Assembly: GCA_040954595.2 (NCBI GenBank)
Contig: CM082595.2
Coordinates: 5,916,137 to 5,980,136, forward strand
Source of the DNA: Balanoglossus misakiensis
Taxonomy: Eukaryota; Animalia; Hemichordata
DNA: 64,000 nt
Direction of reading: 5' to 3'
Part shown: positions 1-13,004 of the stretch, piece by piece
Layout of the letters: every line of letters begins with the position of its first letter
Position numbering within the stretch: position 1 is the first letter of the stretch
The notes under the pieces: model-generated
What the model was told of the DNA's origin: nothing
Databases searched by the model: none
What the model saw: the letters and a program-made list of their open reading frames with translations, nothing else
Made by a program: the position numbers and the translations under genes

Positions 1-1075
1 AAGGTTTCTATGTCAAATCGAATAATTTATGGAAGAGAACCCAAATTGAAATTGTAATAAAATCATAAAATGATTATTCAATATTGGAAATTGGCAGACT
101 GTGAGTAGTTAAGTGGCTCTCTACATTCAGGGTCGTTTAACGAAATAAGGACTGTCAGACGCCGAGGTCATAATACTAAATCGCGAAGAAGACTAAGAAC
201 TTAGATTTTTTTTAAATCTCAAACCCGGACCACACTACTGCAAATGTTGTACCACCCACTGGAAGTGCATCTGTTGACGTTATGGACAATTTGTCAAATA
301 AGATTAATTGATCGACAGGAGAAGGGAATAAATTTTATTTTGCTGATCGACTAATATCGAGTTAGCGATTATTTATTTATTTCATCATTTATTTATCTAC
401 TCTTGTCACCAATGTTACAAAGGTATGTCTATTATTGTGTGACCTTTCATTCCCTGCTAATAACTGACGAATTAAACCGAAATGAAAACTGTAATTAAGA
501 ACGTGACCGCAAAATAACTTGTCTGATATATCCCGGCGTTATTAGCTTGTATTCAGGTTTCGAATTTGCATACATGTAATTTGCATACTTGCCGGGTCAC
601 GGTTGTGCTATGTACTTTTTAAAAAACGCCGTGTAATCCAGACGAAATCATCTAGCATATAAACTTTTAGCCAGGTAATTGTTGAATATTCAAGCGTAAA
701 CGTATAGACGTAATGTTTTACTATTTTAACTTGGGGAAAATAAAAACATACAGATGGTCATAATTCAGAAGAAAAGGGCATTGAACAAAGCCCATATCAT
801 ATGATTTCGTGCAAATAATTTTAATCATGAGTGAAACTCATTTTTTCTTGCTTTTTTTCTTGGTTTGTAAAGAGACAAATCTTTCAACTTATAGCCAACC
901 ACGGCGAAAAAAAACGTATGGATGGACATTGCGTAGTAAGCAAATACATTGGTGCGTGTATCACGTCATTCCTAGGCGGAAACTGCTGGCCACCCGGCCA
1001 AAAACAAACAAACACTGGGTGGTGTCATATCATCAGATTGACGGCCAAGTCCTTGTTTTGAGTAATAAGAATATA

Positions 1076-1281
1076 CTGTAAAACACTTTATTTTCGCGAG
1101 CAATAAATTTTCGCCAAATACGCGAGAGCCAAAATAGCGTGAAAATAAAAAGTCGCATACATTTTTTTGAAGATAACGATGCAGTGAATGAAATAAGAGA
1201 ACGCGAAAATTAATACTCGCGAAACACTGGCCTCTCTCGATATCGCAAAATTCCAACTCGCGAAAATAAAGTGTTTTACAG
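1076..1281. mobile_element. MITE with ~25-bp terminal inverted repeats and TA target-site duplication (Tc1/mariner-type non-autonomous element)
   Basis: Left end ctgtaaaacactttattttcgcgag (from 1076) is the exact reverse complement of right end ctcgcgaaaataaagtgttttacag (to 1281). TA lies on both sides (1074-75, 1282-83). Internal tcgcgaaa-like subrepeats; no credible coding. Confidence 0.85.
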
Positions 1282-4200
1282 TATATTCTCTGCACTGAAC
1301 TTTGCGTCCCCAACTTTGAGATCGAATTCAACTCACTGGGTTTCTCGGTGATCAGAGAAAAATATTTACGACCCTGCTGTGCAGAATTGATCACGTGCAT
1401 GGTTATGGTTCTGATTACAAATTATTGGTGAGATAATGAAAACTGGCATGATTGTCTTTCTACAAATTCGAGGTGATGACTTCTTTTCAATTTTATACAC
1501 ATCAGTTTATCCTGTGGACATTCATTTCCGACCTGCCGTAGTCTTTCCTTGTCAGCAAGAGTAACGGAATTATCATACGCTTAATTCCAGAATCGATAAT
1601 TAGACCAAAATGATGAATTCTGATGAAATATATACTTCATAATTATGGACGAGAAATCGTCTCTCTAGTGTGATTACATTGATTCAAACTCAAAGTGAAT
1701 TGTAATAGCCAATTTGACGTCAGCAGTGATGAGACCAATAGTAATTCCCGTTGTCAAGCAGCAATTGCCAAATGATAAATCAAAAATCGACTACAACACG
1801 AGTAAATGAAACTTTTGATTGATTGGCCCGATCTTGTTGATCCCTGGTTGCGATCTTGCTATCTGAGGTTACATATCTCTGTCTGCGGAGTTGCTGTTTA
1901 GGAAGTCCAATTTCAGGACGCCCTTTTGGGGATCTCGTGGAGGTCAAGAAAAGGAATTCTGCAGAGAGCAGTCAAAACATCTGCTTCACTTTAGATATCA
2001 GTCAGCAATCATACTTTGTAATACAAATACACAGTGAAACAAAATCTACTGCAAACGCGAAACTAAATCCCAGCGTACAGCAATACCTGGCCCGGGCTTT
2101 TGCCCTGGGGACGTAGCATTAGATAAACTTTTCCGATGTGGAGATTGTGGTTTCAGCTGGGGAAGAACCGAGATGGTTATCACCTTCATTTTCCACTGGC
2201 CTGACGACTAAATGTTCCATGCCTGTTGAAACAGAGCTTTCCGTGTGCATTACTTGACAAATGTTGTAAAAACATCCCCAGGCAACCTAGGTATACAGTA
2301 TTAATTAAAGGACAATATGTGGCATGTTAAAAGTGGAACATGAAACTTAAAAAAATTGTAAAGGGTTCATCAGTTGCTTTTCTGTGTGACTATTTTGGGT
2401 ATTTAAAAATAATGAAATCATGTTTTTTTCTGAATCCCCAGCAGTGGTGATGTATCCATCACCCCAATATGTAAAAATTAACCAATATACAATGCTACCC
2501 CAATATTAAATAATGTGGAAGTGTACTAGGTCGTGCTATCCAAGATGTTCTGCAAGACTATCACCATAATGCATAAATGGTGTTGGTATGTCAGCCTCAG
2601 TTTTCACTTATGGACTTGAAATTCTCAAAATTGTACTCAGAGATTGTGCTTCCTTCCTGGAAAACTTCTAAGTTCACATATGATGTGTACAGATGAAGAT
2701 CTTAAAGTTAAACATTACCCAAGGATTTACTGTGCCAGTAATGTTTATCATTAACCACGTCACACATGAAATAAGAAACTGTATCTTTTTCAGTTGTGTT
2801 TGAATACAGATGGAATGACATACCTACACTGCATGTCAATGATCTGCTATGATCCGCTTAACCATGGGATACTGCCATGACCAATCATAAATTGTAATGG
2901 CTGTAGGTATAATGCTGGCGGAAACAATGAACTCAGCGTAATAACATGTAACATGTTTTCTTCATGTCGGCAATGATAATATGACTCGAGCCCTGCACTA
3001 TTTCAGTCGATGGCGCGGGACCTTGATTTACATGATATGAATAGGGGACCCCTCGTTGCGGCAAACTCCCTGGCATTTGAGGTCACGAGAGAGCACGGTC
3101 TTCTGCATGCAGTGGACGCGGTCCGTCGCACTCGGTGAAGCGCATCGACTACGTATGCGCCGTCACCGCTTCCCCTGCGAATGGTGTTACACCGCAGCTG
3201 CAGGCTTGGTGTACATATCTCGCCAGCGTGACACATACCTCAAACATGTTTGCCAGCGGGAATGAGAAGACTCGCGCTGGCAAGAATGTTAACGTATCCG
3301 CAAACTCGAGTTGTTTGCAAGCTAGCAACTTATTTGAGGAGTCGGGGAGAAACAGGCCGGCTAAATGTTTGCGAAACTTTCTTCAGTAATTATATGATAA
3401 TTCCCTTCATGGCGTCACTCCCTGTAAGCTTCTATCTTTGCAAGCCCTGTAGGCATAACCGAACAATTTGATGACGGAAAACTCTTGAGTTACATAATGT
3501 TTACCGAACGAGCTTATGCAATGTCATCGTAAATAGTGCCATGATATTGCAATTAGATTTACACGCAGTAAAAAGAAATGTATCGTCTCCAGAAATCCTC
3601 GTAAATATCCTACTGACTCTGTCTCGCTCAGCTGGTGTTTAAGGTGCTCATCTGGACGGGAAAGTCTAGTCTGTTGCGTGTCACACTATTTTGATTTCCA
3701 GCTTTACGCTGTTATTTTTTACAAGATGGGGATCACTGGACCCAATGCCCCCTGGCTTCGACAACACGCGTAGGTTTTACACTTCTTCCTGACCTCGCAT
3801 GACGCGGAGTTACAAGAAACAAGTCAATCATATTGTACCCAAGCCTGATATTGGGGCGATGAAACACGTTCACGTGGCAGGCAGCAGTGGTAATAGATGA
3901 TTTTCCGATTATTGCAAGATCTAGCGAGACTTTGTTAATTGACGTCGCATATATGAAACTTGAATACGTGCAGAAACAAGCAAAAATTGCAACGTTTCTA
4001 CCCATTTACATGATGGGCCATGTGCTGTTTGTCCTGTGTCACATGAGAATGTCCTCGCATATATACTGCCTTAGTATAGGCACGCGAGATCTTGTGCGGT
4101 TAGGAATATGGTCTATTCTGTGTCAATAGGATTCGGCGCGGTTTGTTGTGACTAGACTATTCGCTCTTAGCTAAGAAATAACGAAATCTCAGAAGTAAGC

Positions 4201-5528
4201 TCTGGTACCATGGGCTGGTGATTACCTGCCACATGTCGTCTGGCAATACTACAAGATTCATGGTGTGTTGTCGGCATTTTTGGCGCAAAAAGCGGCGGCT
4301 ATACATTGTCTCAGAAGTGCATTAAACATCATGATTGATGGCTGTAACAGCACAGGGATTCAGACACTGGAATCATTACTGTACAATGCTTTAAGGTATC
4401 GTACCCATGCAGGGATTGTTTCGTAGAGAGAGGCTCGAACAGCAGTGGTTCGACAGCTAGATAGATCTGCCCGTCGGTCTGCGCTCGCACTTCGGGAAGT
4501 TCCGCGCGGGAGCTTGACAGATTAAATTTACTCCGCTTTAGTGAGTTCTATTCTCGACAATCAATAATCAGCAACATCTAACAACCAACAATGATAGGTT
4601 CACAGTCAGTTCGGCGCCGATACTGCACCCGGCGAGAGCTCCAGTCATATTTCGTCGTCTAGGAAAAAAGGCTAGAGTAGAAAATTTGACGTATCGGAAT
4701 TGGAAAATAAGAAAGACAGAAAATGATTATCTTCTCTATCATTCAAACGACTGCATTTCCAGCTGATAAAAGATGCTTGTTGACCTCATAGGACTGCATA
4801 TAAATGCGATATCTACAGAGTCTTCGTATATATCTGCGGATCATAAATCATTAGAGGCACTGCCAGACGTCGTATAGAAATATAATAGTTTTGGCGTAAT
4901 GGTAAAGCTGGTCTGTCCTATTTTCTGTTGTACCCAAACCATCAAGTCAGTGTAGGACTGAATTAGACAAACTGCCCTTGACATTAGAAATGATGTCAAG
5001 GTAAAGGAACAGAATGAGTCACTGATAATGAACTAAATAAAGGGCATCGTATAGCCCATGATCGTCTGTGTTTGGTAGGCAGGACGATAGTTGAGAACTA
5101 GGAAGTCGTTTATTGACGGCTTGGGTAATGTTAAATATCCGTGCCGTGAGAGCCAATAAAAACACTAATTGCAATACTTAGGATTACGTCCAGTACCGGC
5201 AAGAATCTCTCACACAGAGAAACGTCTGAGGCAAAGAAATCATCAACTATTCTAAACGATGCATGCTCAAAGTCTTCCGTTGGACAAATTCCAAAATAAC
5301 GAGGATGTTGCCACGAACTCCGAAATGTCGGGTTTGAGGACGCGCAATGAACCGTGATGAAGAGGTGGAATATGTTATGAGCCTTGCATGTCAGCTTTTT
5401 GTTGAATATAAACGAACCCGTTGGTATTAATAACGGAGTCGACGGGACACGGCATATGTTACATATCACATGCAACAAAGTTATGTCAGAAGTAGAATCA
5501 TGGCATGATGAATAAAATAATCCATTAA

Positions 5529-5796
5529 AGGGACAAAGTCTCTCTCTCGCTGCCCTTTTTCCATTAATTATGTTTGATACAAGACACCATTTATGTTATT
5601 CTACATGTGGATATATAGTGAGTCAAGGCTTGACCACACACAACGTCCATCCCGTTTGTAGGACATGAGAGTAAAAATCTCGCCCAAATGAATAAATGGT
5701 AAACACGGATTATTTATTTTGGCATGTTTTTTTACTCTCATATCTACAAACATAATAACTGGGAAAAGGGCAGCGAGAGAGAGAGACTTTGTCCCT
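5529..5796. mobile_element. TTAA-flanked MITE with AGG...CCT termini (Kolobok-like)
   Basis: TTAA(5525-28)-agggacaaagtctctctctcgctgcccttttt ... aaaagggcagcgagagagagagactttgtccct-TTAA(5797-5800). Imperfect inverted similarity continues inward (ttatgtttg/caaacataa). The superfamily label comes from TTAA plus RR termini only. Confidence 0.8.
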
Positions 5797-6846
5797 TTAA
5801 AGGGCCAATAGCTGTAACACTAAGACTATTCAGCTTCAATATTTTATTCCGTGCAAAAACTTTTTAACACGCTAAAGCACATTTAAACATCAAGTAATCA
5901 GCTCGTCAACAATGCGTATACGTGAAAAGTGCAACGTTATTGTTGATTTTAATTTAAGTCCGCACTGAAATTCAATTGTCATCAATATGACACTACTGGT
6001 TTTACACTTCTGATGTCATATGAAACTGTGATGATGTCCCGATTGGTGCGCGTAACTAGGACAGATGAGATAGTGATCGATTTTCCGTGCCAACTCCCAG
6101 ATGGCTGAGCTGGATACGCTCGGTCGGACGTGGTCAAGTGCAAATTCACACTATGTAGTCCACAGCCAATTAGGCAAGAACAACCTACCCCCTGGAGCTG
6201 CTCTTGTGAAAGAATAACTCCGAGATCAAGTGCATGCTGATCTATAAATTCCTGGTAATTGACAGGAAAAGATAATATCATTAATGCAAAATTGACAATC
6301 GATACCGGATATGTTCAAGCCTGTAAGAGTACAGCATGACGCCTTTCTGTACTTTTCTATGGGAAAAGATGAAACTACATATATAGAAATGATGTTAACA
6401 ACGATGACGTTATACACATTTGTTTGTGTGTGACGATAGCCGTTGGCACCATTCATTTCGATGCAATCGCCACTGTAGTGTCATCTCCAGAGTTTGCCGG
6501 GTTCTCTCAGATATACGCATTCAGATATCAACGTAAATGTTACTTGCACTGCGTCAAGTGAGCCGTCGCTGCTACTTTCTGTTTATTACAAACGCCTGTA
6601 AAAATTAAAAGCTCCTTCCGCCCGGCAAGAGTCACTTTTACTCTAACTATTACACAATGGCATATTTCTCACGTACTTATTAACGACGCCACTGCGCATG
6701 TGCCGTAATGAGGACGCTCCACGCACTTGAATACATGTGCCTCGCCGGATAAGCAGTACGACAAACATTTGCCGAGTATTTCAGGAACTATAGCAGTGGG
6801 CGGAGATGCGCAGGTACCAGAGTTTACGATACTTAATAATGAAAGG

Positions 6847-7018
6847 ATGATGCGGGCGCAGGCAGTGTTTGTCGCATGTGTCCTCTCTCTGTCCTCCGCC
6901 ACCATCGAAGCGTGTGGAGTTGGCGAAGTCTTCGACCCAGTTCTGGAAAAGTGTTTTAGTTGTGAAATATGCGAGGAATTCCCGTCGTCAACTTTCTGCA
7001 AAATCTGCAAACCACGCG
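6847..7018 (+). CDS. First coding exon of a TNF-receptor-superfamily-like gene: signal peptide plus single cysteine-rich domain (Fn14/BCMA/TACI type); downstream exons not resolved
   Basis: MMRAQAVFVACVLSLSSATIEA (signal-peptide-like) then CGVGEVFDPVLEKCFSCEICEEFPSSTFCKIC (C-x12-C-x2-C-x2-C-x8-C-x2-C). Ends at a strong phase-1 donor G|gtgagt at 7018/7019. A GGGCGG box lies about 50 bp upstream. Confidence 0.7.
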
Positions 7019-9366
7019 GTGAGTGTATATGCCTTTTCTCAGTGTTCTACCAGAAAGAATGTCCAGTGAGCGACTGTGGCTGGAGTGACGACCACATACG
7101 TATGCACTTGCAGTTAGTTCGATCTCGTAGGATGCGAATCTTTGACGTGACTCCGTGCGGCTAGCTATTGTGTATAAGATATCATGGCAATTGTTTTCAT
7201 TGTTCGTTAATTCTACTAGATTTGACCGTTAATCTCACTATACCCATTCACACTCAGATGAAGTATTGGAATTGGTGAAACATTATCACCAACCCATGAT
7301 TTATGAAACCCACAAGAACGAAAGCAATGAGAAACACGCCACACCATACATATATACATTGCTACCACTTATAATGTAGTCTCTGCGTACACAGAGATTG
7401 CATACATGTAGACAATAGTGTTCGCTTTCCTCGCCTGCTATTTTTGCGAATGTATATCTTTACAAAAGGTCATTTCTGAGGTATAGCTAATTATAGGTAC
7501 ACTAAATCACATGTAGTGAATCTCGGTGGGGGCAACTTCCCTGACTTGTGGTCTGAGACAACGTGTGCACACGCACAAATCTGTCTCAGCTTACCGAACG
7601 ATACCAGTTTAGTACAATGTGTGAGACTCGTGTTTGAGGCCATTACTCTATTCCGGTGATTTGATTTCGATCTTCAAGGACAATAGCTAAATTTAGCCCC
7701 ATCAAAACATACGCGAGCCGATATAATATCGTGTTATTAATATGTCAAAACGGATAAACGGACGAACCAGCAAAACACGATGTATAAACCAGCGTCCCAG
7801 TCCCCTCGTACTGGTGCGTATACATCATCTTAAGATCAGGCAATCAAAATGCGCATATTACTACACAAATTATACTCGGTGCAATAATTGTCTTGTCTAT
7901 TTAGGTTTCTTTTATCGTGTGTCCAAACATATCTGTTGGCGAATGGTTCACACAAAGCAGGGAAAGCGATCATTTCTGATACTGTCGGTGTAACCATTAT
8001 ACTCCTCAGGCAATGATAAATATTTCATGTCTGCCTCATTTGTCCGTCTGCCCCGTTCTGTTCTGATCAATCTGCTCTGCTTGAAATTTCGCAGGGGAAT
8101 GTACACATTGTATAATATTCCAGAGGTTATGGCTTCGCGAAAGTTGACATCGAATTAGAAAGCATGAAAAATAATGAAACGTGTTTAGAGCGTCTACGTG
8201 CCATTGCCTGGTCAAATTTCGAAGTGTATCCATTCAAAATATCGTCCAGTCAAAACGGTTTTGCTCTCTCCAGCAATTGTCGTTTTATCCATTGTTCTTT
8301 CTCAAATATCACTGGCGCATGTTGCAGGCCAGGCTTAGAGTCGAGTGATATCCATGCGAATAACAGCCAGACCAATTTGATATACAATGTATATGCATGT
8401 ACGCTTGAGTGGAAAATTAAATTTGACATTGTACTGAATGTCATTACGGGTCCGCAGATGAGGAAATTTGTTCAGGTAATGAGAACGCCTTGCTGGCCCT
8501 GTCATCGTTACTCATATATTTGAACAGTGTGCTCTTGTAAAGCTAAGAAAGCAAACATTTCTTGTTAGAAATAAATGCTGAATTAACCCATTTGAAGTGT
8601 TCCCCGTCAAACGTAATCTCCAGCGGTAAGTCAAAAGGATCCTTGGGATTAAAATAAGCGAACACGCGTCAGAAAAAATAGAAGCGTGCGATGTCTGTGC
8701 GGCAATTTGGAATCACTCCACGTGCGCGAGAGAAAAAATAACTTAGCTAGCTGTTCACGGTGAGAATAACTTGCCTGCGCAAATGTACAATTCAGTGAAA
8801 TTATGAGTGCCGAAGCGGCTTTCTATGAAGGGGGATTTCGGAGCTTCCTGACAAGGAAGCGAAACTCAAGCTATTTGTTGTCGCCGCAGATTGGCAGAAC
8901 TCCTTAAGCTTCGACGCAGTGGACGTGACTGACGATTACAAGTATCTGGTACAATCGTCTTCCGCATCTGAATACAAATGTGCTTCAAAGGTGTCTTTAT
9001 AAGCAGAATACATGCACTTGATTCAGAATTCTTTTAAGAACATATCGTCGCATTTGCAATATAGACCAGTGAGTAAAAGAGTGAGTACATGTAACTTCAG
9101 CACTGAAGTGCCTGATTTTGATTATTTGTATTTTCTTCCGTCAAAAATCATTCCATTTTTGTTTGATTTCCAATGGAAATGGATCGCTTGAAATCAAAGA
9201 GTCACATTGCCTTGCAAATACATGACCTTGTTCATCACTAGATGCGTATATTTGTAAGTTTCCCTACTCATCATAATTAAGGTGTTGCAAAGAAAGGGAA
9301 TGTTTTCTCAAGGACGTGAAGTTTTATAGACGTTCTGTTATTTTTTCGATATTTCTGACATTGCAG

Positions 9367-9708
9367 CCTGGGCAATTCCATCATCTACAAACGAGATTTA
9401 ATTGGAAACATATATTGCCAATTGTAATGGTCATCCATAAATTCTTCTTCGAACAAAAAACGACGATAGCGTAATTGGTTTTGTATATACAAATAGATCG
9501 CTGTGCTTCGGCGAGAAGCAAGCCATGTGGTTTGGTTCATTCTCATTTATTTCGCCCGGATCTGCATTCCGGCGAGATAAAAATCTCCCTATAATCCAAT
9601 TTTCTCGTCTGGTGCTGTCAGACGTGGGGAATTACCAAATAAAAGCAAGAACAACTGACGATAAAATCAGACAGTGCTAATAGAAATTGTCCCTTATCAA
9701 CGACATAC
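9367..9708 (+). pseudogene. Decayed Ig-like domain exon (phase 1-1, 342 bp) with in-frame stops
   Basis: Acceptor ttgcag|CC and donor C|gtatgt; length divisible by 3. Translation AWAIPSSTNEI*LETYIANCNGHP*ILLRTK...IIQFSRLVLSDVGNYQIKARTTDDKIRQC**KLSLINDI has an Ig-like D-x-G-x-Y motif and four stops. Confidence 0.4.
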
Positions 9709-10670
9709 GTATGTGTCGTCTTTGACCACACAACTGTTATGTATAAAAAGCGCACTTTGACCTCAAATCAATTCTTATCGGTCTTCAGTGTAGAGCTGAG
9801 GCGCTGAAATATGCTGTGATGTCATCAATTATACAGAACAATATCCCAATCGTGATCATCATTAGACTACTCATCAGTCGTAGTTGCATTATTCCGGTGG
9901 AACAAACGACTGATTAAAAGTGCCTGCTGCTCAGAATGCACACCAATCCTAGCAAAACAACTTCACTATTTAATCAATAACGTTTTTGACAACGTGGGAC
10001 ATAAATAATAGTATATTTCTATCCTGACATCAGCATTGCCCATATATCATGACAAATGATCTGGCCACAGTGTTTCATTTCAGTTCAATAGTATACATTT
10101 TCGTAAAACTGTTTCCAATATGTAGCTGGAATATACCCACGCAATATAACGTAATGATCTATCCATTCTAATAAAGAAGTCCAATGACTTTGTGCAATAA
10201 TGTTTGCATTGGTACGTATTGCTGTGCATTTTCAGTTATAATTACCAAGTTTGCAGGCATGGCTTGTACAGAATTCGTATACGCAATCAGTCGAATTTGC
10301 TGTCACATTTGACTTGGTTGAGAATTACAAATGCAAAGGGTTTTTTATATTGTAAAGCTATTCAGATTCTTCCTATTGAACCAACCCTTTGTTTTCTCGC
10401 TGTCTAATGACTGGGATTTTGCTCGGAATTCTTCACAAGCCGAATACACTACTTGCTGTGCTTGGAAGGTGGGCGTAATGTGATGAGGTGCAGCCACCAC
10501 TCTGACCACTGCATAACATGTCATCGCACGTTTGGATCGATATAGGCTATCTATATCTATATCCAAAACGGTATTGTGATGAAGGCAGTTTCCACTTTAT
10601 AAATTAGACAAATGTTCTGATCACGCAAGCATAAGACGGGTCACTTTTGACTTTTGCTCTGTTCACTTAA

Positions 10671-10755
10671 CCCATTCACCCCCTGTTCCCTCTTTAGAGG
10701 TCCAACCCTACCATAGAAAACAGTGGGTTTGGACTGAACCATAGTGGCGAAAGGG
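10671..10755. mobile_element. 85-bp piggyBac-like MITE, copy 1
   Basis: TTAA-cccattcacc...ggcgaaaggg-TATA. Closely similar to the copy at 49566-49650. Confidence 0.75.
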
Positions 10756-12009
10756 TATAAGCAACACCAATCTTACATGTGCATGTAGTACACAAATGCA
10801 GACTGATAAGATCAAGTTGTATGGCACAGACCTTTCCATTTTGATATGTATCACAGGGACTTCAATTAACTGAGACACAGTGTGAAACATCTGACTCAGT
10901 AGTCGACACGGCATTTGAAAAATAGAACTTAATAATAATCGCTACAAAATATGTCTCCAGTCCTGCAGGCTATCGCGTGAGAGACATCTTTCTCAAGTTG
11001 TCAGATATCAGACATTTGTGTTGCCATGAGCGATGGACAACCGGCAAATGTCAACATATTGCCATAATAGCTTCGGCGGCTGCATTTGTCAATTTACGTC
11101 GATTATAGAACAGTCGTTCCGTTTCGATTAGACTAAGCCAAACGTCATTAGGCTACCTGCACAAATCACGATACATGACCAACAAGAACGCCATTAGAAG
11201 ATGCATGGTGCAGGGTATATAGGGCTGTCTGTGTTTGATAGGCAACTATGTCCTCTAAACATACATTTTCTGTTAAGTGTTGTTGTCGGTATAGAATGGT
11301 GGTGAGCTGAATGTGCCTTATCCCCAAATTCGCTACAAACACACCAAGTCTTGAAATCCGGCAAATCTCTTAGTATACTGAATGCAGTGTTGGGAAAATT
11401 CCGGATACGCCATGAAAAAATACTCATAAGTCTGTAGTATTTGTCAAGACAGTTTACGTACTTCGGAAACATCTGTTTGCAAATTTTGTACATGTAGAAT
11501 CTTTTTCACCAAACTTGAAAACTTTTCTTTAATTAAAACATGTAAAATTATATAAAACCTATATAAAACTTATGATATAAGCAGATATAACATTCTATTG
11601 TGGCTGCTAAAAATATCAGCACTCAAAGGACCCTATTCCAGTTTGTAGAAACAATAATCTACAATTGATCATAAGATTTTTGATATGACATCTTCAAATG
11701 TTATTCATTCTCATAGGGAGTTCGAATTTCACGATAATAGAGCAAAACATGTCATGAATTTTAATCACGCATTCATGCATCACAGTCACTCTGAATTTTT
11801 AAGGAATTGATACATCGCATACACCGCATAACTCATTCAAGCTTGAGAGATAAACCCGAGATATGTGATAGAATACCACCGCGCAAAAAATGAGATATCC
11901 TGCAGTCCTATTCATTTGATGAAGGGTTGTAATCTTTGTCTTAAAGAGTCGGTGCCGTCCTGTCTGTGTGAGTGCTGGGGTATAGGTCCCTTACGACCCA
12001 ATTGCTAGC

Positions 12010-12186
12010 AACTGCTACAATGTACATCATTGCAAACAATGTGATTGTTACTTTGTATTACACTGTAGCATAACTGCAACAATGTACATCATTGCAAACA
12101 ATGTGATTGTTACTTTGTATTACACTGTAGCATAACTGCAACAATGTACATCATTGCAAGCAATATAGTTGTTACTTTGTATTACA
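12010..12186. repeat. Minisatellite, 62-bp unit, about 3 copies
   Basis: Unit aactgcaacaatgtacatcattgcaaacaatgtgattgttactttgtattacactgtagcat repeated in tandem; the third copy is partial and diverged. Confidence 0.9.
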
Positions 12187-12543
12187 GTATACATCATGAT
12201 AAAGAACATGCTGTTACTTTTTATCACATTTCCAAGTTACTCTGACGTAAAATGTCTTGATTGTAGGGTCTCCCTGAACAGTGGGAACAATGCAGATGGT
12301 ATGTTTATAAACAGAAATGTCACACATGTGCAGTTCTGACGGCCCTCCCCTTCAATATCAATGGTGATGACACAGGGAATTTAAAACACCCGGAAGCCTA
12401 TACACAAACACACTGTCAACAGGGACTACTTTTCCCACGTGCATATCGCCAACGAAATAATTCCATGTTTATTTTTCTGGCAACAATACAGTAATCCGTA
12501 ATACATAATGCAAGCAAGAAAGCTGTTATGCTATTGTTCGCCA

Positions 12544-13004
12544 CAGGTTATGTTAGTAGATGTATAATAATGTACTATATTTCAAATAAATGCTAAATAC
12601 TAATTAAATATTAATCGATGATTAAGACCATTAAGAAATATATAGAAAACAAAAGAATGTTACTTGGGCGAATGTTTGTCTATACAATCAATGAATATTA
12701 AGGGTACTTAAAAGATCTGTGTTCAAATTTACTAAACATGTCAGCTTAATGCTATTACGTTATAGTGTTCTCATATTACTTAGCGTTGGTTGTTTGTATA
12801 ATTCTCATTCGATATTGCTATCATATGACCACACTACTCTCTGACCTTCGGCTTTGTGTAAATCTCTGTCGAGATTAATGCCGTATATCACATCGCTATC
12901 TTTGACTGCCAGCCGCGAATTTCTTGCCTAGTGCAGTGTGGTTGCACAAGACATAGTTTGAACCACATGCCACCAGTACCATATGAACTGATGACGTGTA
13001 TGAA
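12544..13004 (+). repeat. ~460-bp direct repeat, copy 1 (copy 2 at 14345-14808)
   Basis: caggttatgttagtagatgtataataatg...ctgatgacgtgtatgaa recurs 1801 bp downstream with only scattered substitutions. Confidence 0.95.

Noticed and set aside
2087-2222. Minus-strand splice-bounded segment MEHLVVRPVENEG...* as a receptor tail with a TRAF motif
   Set aside because: PVENEG fits neither the TRAF2 nor the TRAF6 consensus, and no linked upstream exons could be established.
6540-6597. Minus-strand KVAATAHLT resembling the first strand of a TNF homology domain
   Set aside because: The frame closes three codons after AHLT and no LxW or GxYxxYSQV motifs follow.
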